A stretch of DNA of 64,000 bases from Phoronis australis (Eukaryota; Animalia; Phoronida): NCBI GenBank assembly GCA_002633005.1, contig NMRA01000586.1, positions 92,068 through 156,067 of the forward strand, given 5' to 3'. Under the pieces are notes generated by a model, which was not told the origin of the DNA, made no database searches, and saw only the letters and a list, made by a program, of their open reading frames with translations. The translations under genes were made by a program, and so were the position numbers. This document shows, in pieces, positions 39,701-52,900 of this stretch. Positions within the stretch are counted from its first letter, which is position 1; each line of letters begins with the position of its first letter.

Positions 39701-40865
39701 AGCATCATCTTGAGGCTTGGGGAGGAAGCTGAGATTTTTCTAGCCGCGGGACAGCTACTGAACTCTACCCGGATCGTCGTCGAAGTAGTTCGTATGCTAC
39801 AATCCTTTGTTGTTAAAAACATCGGCTTGTGATGTAGTGGTATGCTATAGATTCTTGGGAGATAACAGTAGTTCATTTTTATCGAGTCGTCGGCGTTACA
39901 GCTCTGCGTAACAGCCTTTAACAATCAAACTTTTAACTTATGGATAAATGGTGATACCTTCTCATGGAATTATGATCGATTTTATAATTCACAATAACTT
40001 GGCTCCAAACAGTGAAAATTACGATAATACATCTTTAAGGCAGGTTGCCACGTGTAAATCAATAAGCCGTTAGAGACCGACCGGTCAACTTCAACTGCCC
40101 GAATATTCGAAAGGTTCTTTTCTGGGAATATATACATGTAAATAAAGCAATCTTCGCACCTCGTTGGCACTCCAAGTCGACCCCAAGACTGAAGAGGCTC
40201 TTAATCCCATCAAGAAATGCCATTTAGACCCATCGATCCGCTGTAAGTAGCAATGGTTATTACGGAGAGGACGGCATGACAGCTTTAGTGCAGTTCTGAT
40301 TGTCGGTTTGAAATGGACACCTGTGTTTGCGGTTTGCTAAGTCACAGGGCTAACAAACTAAAGAAATTAATTTAATTATATTAATATCCATGAGAAGTCT
40401 ATTTCGCGTATATTCTGGCTTTGGTGACTGTCAAGTAGTGACACGTCACTTAGCACGCGCGTCTCAAGGGTTCTTGCAGTAAGGGGTCTTCTGACAGTTC
40501 GGCAATTTTGCTTGAAAAGATTTCGTGATTTTGAAAGAGCAGATTTACCAAATATAAACGTTTGTATTCAACTACTTTCTTGAATTACGACGTCTTGATG
40601 TTGCCTTCCGAAATGGACTCATGTCCGTCCGCAGGCAGAAGTGCACTGTGTGTAATTTAGCAATCAAAGTTGACAGGTGATAAGAAACTAGTCAGCTGAT
40701 AAAAGTGACGCCTGCTTTTCATTCTTGTGAAACATTTACTTTGATATACTATCAATTGCATGTAGTGAGTAAAATGCGATTCCGATTGTAAAATGCGCGC
40801 TTCAGACTAGTAGCAAAGTAAGTGTTAAGGATTTAATTTTTTACCACGATGAACACGACAATAAC

Positions 40866-40953
<88 letters not shown>

Positions 40954-43900
40954 GTATAATAACGATGAAAATAGTATTAATAATGACAGTGTTAATAACA
41001 TTAATAACAGTAACAATACCAATAATAACTAATAACGATAATATTAGTTCCATGTCAAGCTAATAATAATACTAACTACAACAATACTATAAATAACAGT
41101 AATAATTATTACTATTGCCATTACTATTAATATTATTTTATTATTTTTGTTGGTTTTATTTTATATTTTTTGTTATTATATAAACGACAAGTATAATATT
41201 AATGGTAATAATAATAGTAATTATACTCTACAGCCTTTGCCGAGCACAAAATTATGAGCACCATCCGCTTCAAAATGTAATAATTTAAAATCCAAAAGGC
41301 TGATCCAATAGTTAAAATATGTTCTCAAGAGATCTTATTTCCTTTTTAGCACTTTGAGATTAGCTTTTATTTTACGCACTTTTCTTGCATAGGTCTTATT
41401 ATATTTGTTCTCCAAGTTCTGTTACATGCAAAAACTATTTGTCTCGTTACAGCCATGTGAAGATGGCGCCCATCTCAGATCTCAGCAGTGCGCCCAGTTT
41501 AACAGGCGCAAGTACAAGGGACAGTATTTTTCGTGGCGACCGTACAACTCTGGTATGTTGACTGGTACCATTATGGCGAGTTACGTGTGAAAAAGGCCCT
41601 GTGTTTCTCAAAAAAAACTATTAGAACTGAACATAGTCCAATGCGGTTGTATAAGCGCCACTGTTGTTACGCCTCTCTTCAATAGTAATAATCATTCACG
41701 TGAGTTATTTCATGTAATAGCGTTTTTATTACAATATGGTAAAATCACGTAACAGCAGCCAAATTACAACGCAAGGAGCATGTTTGAAATAAAGTACCAT
41801 GGCTTTCAAGATGGCGGCGACCATAGCCGCGACTGTTTCATGTACATGTAGTATATTCTTTACTTTCAGACGTTGGCGGCCATGTCCAGCTAGATCCCTG
41901 TAGCCTAGTATGTGTAGCCGAGCAGAGGCCGGACTTAGTTGTGCTCCTCGCGCCCTCTGTCGATGACGGCACATCGTGCAGCCCTGGAAATGTGGAAGAT
42001 AAGATCTGTGTCAGCGGAAAGTGCGTGGTTAGTTCATTTCAAGCTTCTGTGGAAACTAAATAAACCCGTGTTTTGTAAGACTTTCAAGTAACCCTTTGGC
42101 ATGAATGGACGTATTAGCACGTTATAAACAAATCAGTGGGTTCTTGCTCGATGAAATTATCGCTTAATGATCAGTCGACTTTGTCGTTCGTTAGTTCATT
42201 GGACCACTTCGAAAAAGTAACAAGGGCTGACGAATGATTGAATGAATCCACGCTATTACTGTTTGATTTGTAAAAGCCGTCCTTGAAATAACCCTTGTTT
42301 CCCCTCGTACGTCTCTCATCTTTCTAAGATGGGTAGATAGATAAGTAAAGTACTTTAGTTTTTTTCATTAATCATTGTCTGTGGTAGGGAGCTCTCATTT
42401 TTGTTGCAAAATATTTCACTTACAAATGACGTAACTAACTGTTTTGCCAGACTGCTTTTAAAACAAGGGGAAAACAAACACAGTTTTAAATTACGCTTTA
42501 CAGAAACTGGAATACAATGATTGTGAAAAGGACAATTATTGTCAATTTGAAGAAATATATTTCAAACATTATCTTCAAGGAATTTCTCAATAATTTTATT
42601 TCCACGTATCTATATGCTTGCTGTAGCATTGTGAATCGTAATATATGCTTCTATGAATGTAGTTCAAAGGGTCCCGTGTTGCAGCTCTCTCTGACTGTGA
42701 TGATTTATTTGGCGGTTTTAAACCAAAACGAAAATTTCGGAAATAACTCCAGGAAATTATCATTTTCGGCACAAATACAGTATTTGCGAATACTCGTGGT
42801 TAGACTACACGGTGTGGCAGTAAAAGGCTACGGTGAACTTATTGTCTAGATAGAATGGCGACGAGAGGACTGAGTGACACTATGTTGTGTTTAGATATTT
42901 TTGTCATTTTAAGAAATTGACCTTTTAATGACTTATGTGTTGCGCATATTTTCAAATCTCCGCTATTGACATGAGCGTTTTCAAGTACGCTGAGCTAAAC
43001 TGGCTGATAATTTTGTTCACACGTGTACATCCTCCATTTTAAAGGATAATTTCACGACCTTGTTTGTTTACCTTTTGTATTTCTCGTCGTGTTTTACTTT
43101 GAAACTGACAAAAATGTTTTTAAAACGTTTAAAAGTGTAATTAGTCTATATATCTCTTTTTGAGAAGATTCTGTGAGAGAGATAGTCCAAGGGAAAAATC
43201 TTGCACAGTGTGATAATCCTAACGCGATAACATTGCGAGTCTTTGATACCCAGTGTTTTGAAGTTTATGTATGACTTTCATTTCTTATGATGAATATTCT
43301 TTGGTAAAGTTGGTTATTTCACAACCCTAGGGACGTTCCCACCCTCGGGTTCCCCGACAAATTTTACAAACGTTACACGAACTAGCCCGCGAACAGCAAA
43401 GGACGGAATTATCGAGTTTTTTATTTACTTCTCGACCTCAACTAACTCAACCGACCGGGACCCGAATGCGGGATGCGTGACCTTGCACCAAAACAACCAC
43501 CTCACCGTGTCATTGTGTGACTCAGCAGATGATCACGTGATATTTGCGAGGTCATCTTTTCATGAACACAGCAAACACTTGTTGCTTACGTCATAAGTTC
43601 ACTAACCGTCTAGCCGACTGTTTGGGTTGTGACATTTGGGCTATAGCAGGAAGGCATTACCAGTAGCAGTAGTGCCTTCCTGGCTATAGTAAATGATAAA
43701 ATGAAGTAAAAACGTGAAATAAGCAGAATATATTTAGATTAAAGTCAACGATAATTTTTAAGACTGTACAAAAATCGTAGTTTCATTTACAGACATATAT
43801 TTAGATTATTGTTTTAGTAATACTATTAATTGACACCAATGTTATACTTATTAGGTTGTAGGATGCGACAATCGCATAAATTCAAGTGCTCGGGTTGACG

Positions 43901-46900
43901 AGTGTGGAGTATGCAAAGGCAACGGGAGTAGCTGTGAAACGATCAACGGATTTTTGCAGAAAGGCGTTTATCAGGGACTAACGCAACTTATGATCATTCC
44001 AAAAGGAGCGCACCATATCCGAATAACAGAAAGCCACCACAAGAAATCGTCGAGATTAGGTAGTTAAACATTTGTCATTGTGAAAGCCTCGTTTGTTCTT
44101 CGTACTTGAGCCTCATGTTGTATTCTAGGACATAACACGTATTGTTCAAAAGATACGTTAACATTGCCAGCACATGGGGCGCAAACGGATCTTTGTCTGC
44201 TGCGCTTATACGACGATTTACAGCATGAATTTGTGCAGATTATCACAAATTGCTCGCTGCTACCAAAAGCAATGCTTTCAAAGCATTTCACGATTGAAGT
44301 GCTATTCGCAAACTATTCACTATTTGCGAGTATAGTGGGTGTAATATATTAAATGTAAGATGATGTCAAAAGTGAAAACATGTCATCCATAATTCAAATA
44401 TTATTCGATTAAATTTTAAACGATATTATTAGATTTTAGCTGCATTGTTAGGACGCTGACTCAATTAGGCTTAAAACAAAGTTGAATAGATCTGTCCTGA
44501 AATAGTGTAGCACCACTCTCGTGCTAATAGTTTTTACCCAGATTGACGCACGTATCAAGCATTTGTCTTGTTTTTTACGTGCAAACGTACTAGTCACTGT
44601 CTGATATCCAAATTATTACGTAATTCATCGTTTGCAATTCTAGCAGAATTGTATTGCCGCATTTTTCACGTACAATGCAGGCACCACAAATTGGCATACA
44701 GTTATATCCGTGCTGGATGCTCTGTGTGATGTTCTGTTCTTGGGACGTAGGTCAGGGGAAACACGATCTACCAAGAACTATAATATCCAATCTAGGTGAC
44801 ACAGAGGGTACGAGTTTTAGCTGAATCGTGCTTTTACATAGGCGGATTCATTTTAGTGATATCAAATCTAGAATTTTCAAATTGTTGACATGGACCCCCT
44901 TTTTAAGAAATCCTTGATCTGGCCCCCCTCCTTTTAAAAAATCTTGGATCTGCCCCTGTTTTATTATGTATTATTTAACTGATGGCAAAACGAGGATTTT
45001 TGAAATCACCAAAACAAGGTTCAGTATTCTTTTAGACCATTTACGTTGTCTAGCCTTCAGTGTTCGCTGGTGCCTCAGCCCTATAGTTTAATGCAATTTC
45101 AGTACTTCTACACCTGAATGGAACTTCTCACTTCAGTGGAGGGGAAGAATCCGGCAAAGAACAGTGGCTTATATTAGGTGTATCGTTTACATTTTTAAAT
45201 AAAACAACGTCAGAAACTCTTGCAGGCAACGGCGTCCTGTCGGATGATCTCATACTCGCGGTAAGTTGTTTAGAGCATTGATTGTTCACCAATCAACTTA
45301 CGCCTAAGTTCATAACGGCTTTAATTAAGTTGTTCACAACTTTTCACCACCCGACAAGATGGTTTCATCATAGAAGTCCAAGAGCATAACGCTTAATCGT
45401 CGTGAGAGACCGTCCCGAGTTGGTATGTGGTGCAACTCGGGACGGCCTGGGGTCTACAGAAAACCATAGTTCAACTGTGAGTCTACACCAATGTGATAAA
45501 GGAGAGTAGTTCTACTTTCTGCGTCAGCTGCTGGTATGCTTATCTCTTTTATGACACACAATGTGCGACTGGGCAAAGCGTTTTCAAAATAATGTGGATA
45601 AATCAGTGGAGTGTGAGACCCCTGAGGTCCCTGTCAAGTCCTCACGACAATTTTACGTTATGGACAGTGAGCTAATNCACTTCAGCAGAAAGAAAAATTA
45701 ATTTGCCAGTAGGCTTTAAGACGAATTGATCCAATCGGTTTTAATGCGGCGTTCTTTTATGTTACAGGCCAAAGTCCAGACAGGCGCCGACTCGTTCAGA
45801 ATACGGTATGAATACAAAATCTCCAAACTAAATACTGACGCCCATGTACAAACGACAGAAAAACAAACGGAACATTTAAACTTGATTCCACGTGATAGAC
45901 ACGTCGTGAATCGTCACAGCGTCACGCCCACAGTTACACGACAACCTCCTTTGAGATATTTCAAACCAGGATTCAGGATAGTTTCGAGGCCCACAAATCC
46001 TTTAAAAGACAGTGCCGCCAAACAAAAAGCACTTCTTCAAGTGCCCGTATCCGACGACGATGTCAGGAGACACGTGGAGCATCAGTCGCTGGGAGTTCGA
46101 ACTAAGGTAAAAATTGTAAAGATGAAGACAAGTTCTGCAAGTTCCCACGATGACTTCGCCACAGAAGAAGAAAATAGGCGTTATACATCCACACCTTTAC
46201 GTCCGAGAAATCAGAATCACGCTAACAATTTGGGAAACACGTCAACGCGTTACAAAAGTGACTCTCAAGTTCGCCGTCAGTCACGACACTTTTCATCACT
46301 TCGGATTCGTTCTAAAAACTTTCCTCAAGGACGTCGAGGCAGCGCCGTACGCCGCATGCTTCCGGTCAGGGTCAGAGTGGAGAGTCAACCTTTTAAGCTC
46401 AATGAGTTTCCCGACGAAAACATCCGGGAGTTGTCAGAAAGTGAAGGTACAACTTGATACTTGTTTGCAATTCATTTTGGAAAGGGCCGTTTTGTGCAAG
46501 AAACCATTCGTCCTTGCAACAGGGCCTCTTTGTGTTCAGTATAAGCTATTTGTCCTTGCATAGAACTCTAGCCGTGGAATACCAGCTCTTGTTTAGTAAG
46601 TATAGCTTTTCATAAAAGAATTCGTTGAAAATACGATTTTTATTCATGCTAATGTAGTATCTGTCTTCTAATTTTCGAAAGCAATGCGAATGGTGTCGTG
46701 TTTTGAGCAGGGCCGAGTGAGGTGTGGGGCGGGATGAGGCTCATGCCCCAATAATTTGTTTTAGGCCTCAAAGGCTAAACATTAATGTCGCCCGGCAAAA
46801 AACAACAATTGTCGATCATTTCCGTTGTCTTAATCGTGCATTCTTCTGTATTTAAGAACTGGGAGCTTGTCCGTGCACTTCACTAATTTTACCTTCCTGG

Positions 46901-49900
46901 TTTTCAATGACGCCGCTAGGGTTACAAATTTCAGATACACTTGGGACGTGTTCCCCCACTTCCTGTGACCATAAAGTTAAACTCAGAAGTCTGTTGTGCT
47001 TTTAGTTAATTTAGCTGTTTTTTAATTCTACAGCAGCCAAGACCTCGATATTCAAACAGCAAAAGCACTCCAGCAACCCGGTTGCGGCGTTTCGCGTCAG
47101 CCGACGACAGTCATTTTCAGGACGGAATCATAGAAAACGCAGCAGGCACAGACGACCGTCATCCGACCGCCCGCAGCGATACTCTTGGGCAACTAATAAA
47201 AAGGCAGCTTGCAGCTCCTCGTGTGAGGACGGTAAGACACACGTGCCACGTGTCCCCTCACACTCCCACAATCGCTTCAGCGTGTGAAGTAATGTCTCAT
47301 TATGACTCGCGTCTTAAAGGGATACGGTCGAATTTAGGGCCGAAAATGCAGGCATTTCGAGGTTAATATTAGATAGGATAAACTTCTTGAACTTAATTTC
47401 TTGAGAGTTTTAAAACAGCATTTTTTTGTTTCTGATTTTACTAGAAACCGTCGATCCCCTGCTTTGGTTTCCAGTCATCGGTAGAGTTCACTGAACTCGA
47501 GGTCGGTGTCTACTTGGCGCTACTAGTTAAGTGTTCGTCAACTGAGGTTTCGAGTTCGAAGTTGTTAGGGCTGATGTTATCCGGAACAGCTCGGACATTT
47601 TCGTAGCCTCAAGTTCCCCCTCTCGTAGTTGAAATTAATCTACGCATGGGCGAACTTCAGTCATTCGGCAAATTATGTGATTTTCAAACAGTAGAATGAT
47701 TGGACGTAGGACTGACTTTCGCTTGTGCGTAGATAATGCTGACCTCAGAGAGGTAGTATGAAAGTGCCCGATGTGTTCCTTTTTCTCTATATGCCTCTTA
47801 GAATGTGTGTAGAAAATTCCCTTTACGGCCTGTCTTTGTGGATCACATTGGCACTGAAATTTACCAACCATTTCAAACGCGTGCTGTAAGATGATCCACT
47901 GTAAATGACCCCAGACAATCCACAAAACCTTTTAATCATAAGTCACGTTTCTGAAATCACGTGACCCGGAACTACGTAAATCAACCATTTTGAAACTCTC
48001 ATTTTTGATTATCTGTTTTTAAACTTTGCTTTTCCTCGTGAGATCAGTTAAAGCTGTTCGGATAAACACCACATTATACCGCACATGCATGCATGCATTT
48101 ATTCATTTGTTCAATGTGTGGGAATTACGGTCTAAATCAGAGGATACCTTTCTTTTTAAAATAGTTCGTCTCTTTCCTACCAGGTGTCAATGCTGTTTTT
48201 GCTTACTGTGTCCGTTCTGACGGTGAAACTGTCAGCGATAGGTATTGCGACTACAGGACAAAGCCCGATCCGTCGACTGTTGCTTGTAAAAGAGAGCCGT
48301 GTCCTGCAAGGTAAGTCGTCAGCTATGTTGTTGGCAACAGAAAGGTCTATGTGTAAGTCGGACATGTTGCAAACAGTTTGTGGGATGGTTGTTTGGTGAA
48401 AACGAGTAATAATAACTATCAACACAAAAGAAATCTCGTGATACTACGCGTGGTCATCAGCGCCGATATTTACAGTGTAGCTAGGCACAACTTCTCGGCG
48501 AAGACCACTTTGGGGGTGTTGCTGGGTGTCTGTAACGTGAAGATGTTTGCTCTGGTCTTTTTACATAGACCTTTTGCAGATGGGGTTTAAAAAGCCCAAT
48601 AGATAGCGTAGTGGCGAGCTTAAAGGCATTAGGTCCGTCCGTCACTCGCTGGTTCCCTGCGTGCCGCTAGGTAATCGTTAGCCAGCACGCAGGTATCACT
48701 TAATTTTCCTCAGGAATTTTTTTTTTACATCAGCGTTTCTGATTGGCTAGTCGAATTCTCAACAGGGAGCGCTTTATGCAAACTGGCATGACTGATGGAC
48801 TGAAGTGTAAATGCGGTCTGTTGTACAGACAAATCGGTGCTTAAAATTCATGTTCAGGAAATGTGAATCATACAAATTGTGGTTGCGCCTTTTCGGAGTG
48901 CATCTTTCTACTGTTGATGACTTTTGTTTACGATACTGTCCTGTGTTCGTACAGTATTAAACATAACTACAGAAACGAAATAGTTGCTGCGACGCTACTC
49001 GTTGCATGACAAGTACGCCATTTTTTCACGGTGTTGTAAAGCTAACCAATGGCTGCTGAGGTTACATCTACCAATGCTAAAGCGCGTGCCACTGCTTGAT
49101 ACCTGCGTGCTGGCTAAGCAGGTAGGGAACCAGTGAGTGGTGCAGTGCTGGATACATATCAGGACAGGCCTATTTAACAAGATTAAAACTTTTGTTCACG
49201 CACTCGCCGTCAGCGAGACTAAAAGGGGTTGTGGTGATCTAATGTTCCATGAGTTCATACCCATTTCTCTTCTCCAGGTGGGTTGCAGGACCGTGGAATC
49301 CATGTGATCGATCCTGTAAGAAGACCAGATCGGTTCACTGCTGGCAGATTCTCTCTGCCGGAATGGACAGCAGTGTTCTAGACCACGTGTGCGGAAATCT
49401 AGAGAAACCTCACGATACGGAGGGCTGTGACACCGAAGGCTGCGCCCCCGAGTGGAAAACCACCAAATGGAGTGAGGTGCGTCCCCTTACGGATACCACG
49501 TGACGTTCGGTTTATTATTCCTTTTCAAAATGAACATATGCAACGATGTTTTTAGAGTTAAGGATTTTCGTATAATTGGAGGATTGAAAGTATGAAAAGC
49601 AAGGTATAACTCTGTTGCAGATTTTTGTTTGTGTTACGAATAGATTTTCTTTACTAATTAAAAGCTCTCAAGAACTTCAACTGCAAAAAGTAGGCTACCG
49701 AACTGACCATTCCAACTTCAGAAACTGCTACAAGAAAGGCATCCCTCCTCGGGTCACCAATACACTTCGATGGGAGTGACGGCAGATGTTTTAAAGTTCA
49801 GAGACGTTCGGCAGATAACACAAAAACCGTATTTGCCTGATTATGCCAACGTATGGGCTCGGGGTCGTATGAAATGGATTTTTGCAAATTTCATGGCCTT

Positions 49901-52900
49901 CATAGTCCTTGAAATGTGGTAAGAATAGTTATGAGTGATGAAAAAAATGGCCTTTGTATTCTTGTGTCTTCACTCTAGTGTTCAGCGAAATGTGGAGAAG
50001 GTTCACAAACTAGGGAAGTCACGTGTTCATCTGACACAGAATCGTGTAGCCTGTCTTCCAAGCCAACTGAAAGTCAGCGGTGTATGGTCAAGGAGTGTGC
50101 CAACCGCTGGTCAACGTCGGAATGGACACGGGTCAGTGAATAGCACTTGCAAATTTGGCTTAGTGGTGTTTCTATCAATGTTTCGTTCGTCGTAAATTAT
50201 TCATTTTGTCAAGCACTAACTGCTATAGACAAGATGGTTTGCACACGATGCGTTCCTATGCCTCCTGCTTAACAATACCGTCTGACTCTGACTTGTTCTG
50301 CAAATTGTTGGTCACACGGAAAACTTACAACAACAGTCAAATTAGAGGGAAGTTCTCACAGAATAGCTTTAATTCGATTCAGTCTTGTTACCTTGAAGCG
50401 AGCCAGCCCCACCCAATTTTAAACGACGTGTAACTGTTACATGGAATTGGCGTCGGTGGCAGTAAATTAAATCATGTTGGCAGAAACACACATGTTCCAT
50501 TATAGCTGTCAATAAAAGCATTGTTTATCCATCAATTTCATATGTATGGTCGTATTTCCCTTGTGTCATATTGAAGTCGTATGGCCCTTTATTTTAACTT
50601 CTTTTTTTGCTTGTTTGCGCATCGCATTTCTCATACCCCAGTCAACCATGGGGGTATTAATTGATTCGCGCGTAATTAATTGTGTCTTGGTTTCATTATT
50701 TTTTGTGTTGGAAAAGATGTTTCGCACTTATGTGAGCATACCACTATACGAAATTTATGCAGACGGACGATTGCTCGCTTGTTTGGTGTGTTTTTATCTT
50801 AAACGGTGAAACGGTGGACTAATTTCTGTGAGGTGCCGGGGGCTGACATTCCCAATTTATTGAATGTGTCTGCCAACAAATAAAAAATAAATACACACGG
50901 CAAAAAAAACGCAATACATTGGGAAAAAAGCGTGCGTTTCCTCTGGCGTGTATGCACATTTGATTACATTTGGGGAAAGAAAGCGTGAGGCCGAAGGGGT
51001 ATGGGCTTAAACACAAACATAACCTGACGGTAAGAAAGTGTGCCAGGAATTTTTAATTATTGTCGACATGAAGCAAGAGGGGTTTATGATGCCGTGTGGT
51101 GTAAGGGCTACTCGATATACACTAGGTGGCGCTTGTGAATGAAGGACCCTCTTTTGAATATTTGAAAGGATCGAGAGCAAAGCATTTCATCACCAGAAAA
51201 CGGTTACCTATAGCGCCACCTGCCGAGAGTTTCGAGTCGGTCAGGTTGTGTTCTGGCACACTCATTACAATTAGATATCACATGATGTCTTGCAGTGTAG
51301 CGGACCCTGTGGACGCGGACGAAAGACGCGCACTGTCACGTGTCGAAATGGAAATGGGTTGTTAGTGGATGAGTCCAAATGCCAGGGAGTTTCACGACCA
51401 CTGTCCAGCGAGGCTTGTGGTCATTCGCGCGAATGTCCAGTTGACTGGGTTCCGCAGTCGTGGACCAAGGTAAGGACCATATCCAGACGGAAACTGGATA
51501 TGAGTTGACGGACAAAAGGAGTTAACTTTTAACAAAAGGTGTGTCGGTCCTTGTGTCCCAGGATTCGAACCCTGAGTCTATGAACCGCCATGTAACGGGG
51601 TGTGTCTCTCGAGTTAATTTGTCATTGGTCTGGTGAATAAAACACATTTTTAATGTTTGAAGGTAAGGCACGGAATCTACTGGAGAACTGTCCGGGCGGT
51701 TGCCAAAAGAAAACTCATCACATGCCATCATTTGTTCGTTGCCGACCGAGATTACGAATGCATACTCAGAATATAAGCTTCTTTGCTATTTCAAAAACAG
51801 TTAAAATTTAAGAAGTACGTGTTTTGAGAAAGGTAGATAATCAGCAGATATAGTTGAAACTTAGCCGTTAGACAACCAGGCCGCCGGAAATGGCGATTTC
51901 AGCTAAACTCAACAGTAGTGTTTTCTTATCTTAAGCGGAAAACATTTGATCGAACCGTCAGTGCAAATATTTCTGCATAGCGATGAGGTTGTCCTCCGGT
52001 GCATTTTAAAATTTAAAATTTACGTCCCGCTTCAAAGTAGACAAGATATATTTTGATATAGTTTCGTTGTATATTTGACGAAGACACTTTTCCATGGCGG
52101 TAACAGTCGTGTGGTACTTTAATAGCCAACGTGTGTGCAATCCGGGTTAATTTTGATTGAGTCGTCTTACGCTTTACTTTCGTTTGTTCCGATTACAAAA
52201 ACAAGACTCCTGTTTGGAAATCATTACGTGGACGTATACGAGGCCCCTGGGAGTCTGTTGTGATGCGGCCGGCTAAGCGTCGAGCCCTCAAGAAACTATT
52301 AATGCGATATCGACTGAAACATTATTGCTGCCGCGTGCACGGGAATTACTTGGGGTTCAATTGGTTGTTTTACGAATTGACCACGTGGCGGTTTCATTTT
52401 GATGAACTCGATGATAAATTTCACTGTGAGTTGCTTCTTGTTCGTCCCCTAGCGGAGAAAGGGTTTGTTATAGTGTGGGTTGACTGTGATTGGTTTTCCA
52501 GTTTGTGTAATCAAATGGTAATAACTTCCATGTTGCAATCAAAAATGTTGATGACGTGGTTGTGCCTCTGGGGGATTTGCTTGTAAGTTTCTGCACTGCT
52601 ATCGGTGCAGTCGTCTGTCTCAATCTTCTGGTGTTACGTCACGAGATGCACCCGGTCAGTAAAACTGTAACTAATTTTTTTGCATTGAGACAAACTGGTG
52701 TAAAATCTTGAAAATTTGAAAATTCCAATTTAGGCAAGAGAATTCCAGTCAACAATCAAATCCTATGTCACTCAAATTACTTAACGCCGGATTACATATG
52801 AAAGGATTGTTTTGTTTTGATTTTGCATTTACTAGAGCTGGGAAACATATTGGTTCCTTGACTAGAGAAAGTACTTCATGCTCTAAAAATGGCAAGTGAG

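Noticed and set aside
40825-41053. Poly-Leu and poly-Tyr ORFs resembling membrane peptides
   Set aside because: Translations of the intronic (AAT)n microsatellite.
51535-51595. tRNA gene suggested by a minus-strand B-box (GGTTCGAATCC)
   Set aside because: No A-box or cloverleaf could be built; at most a tRNA-derived SINE fragment.
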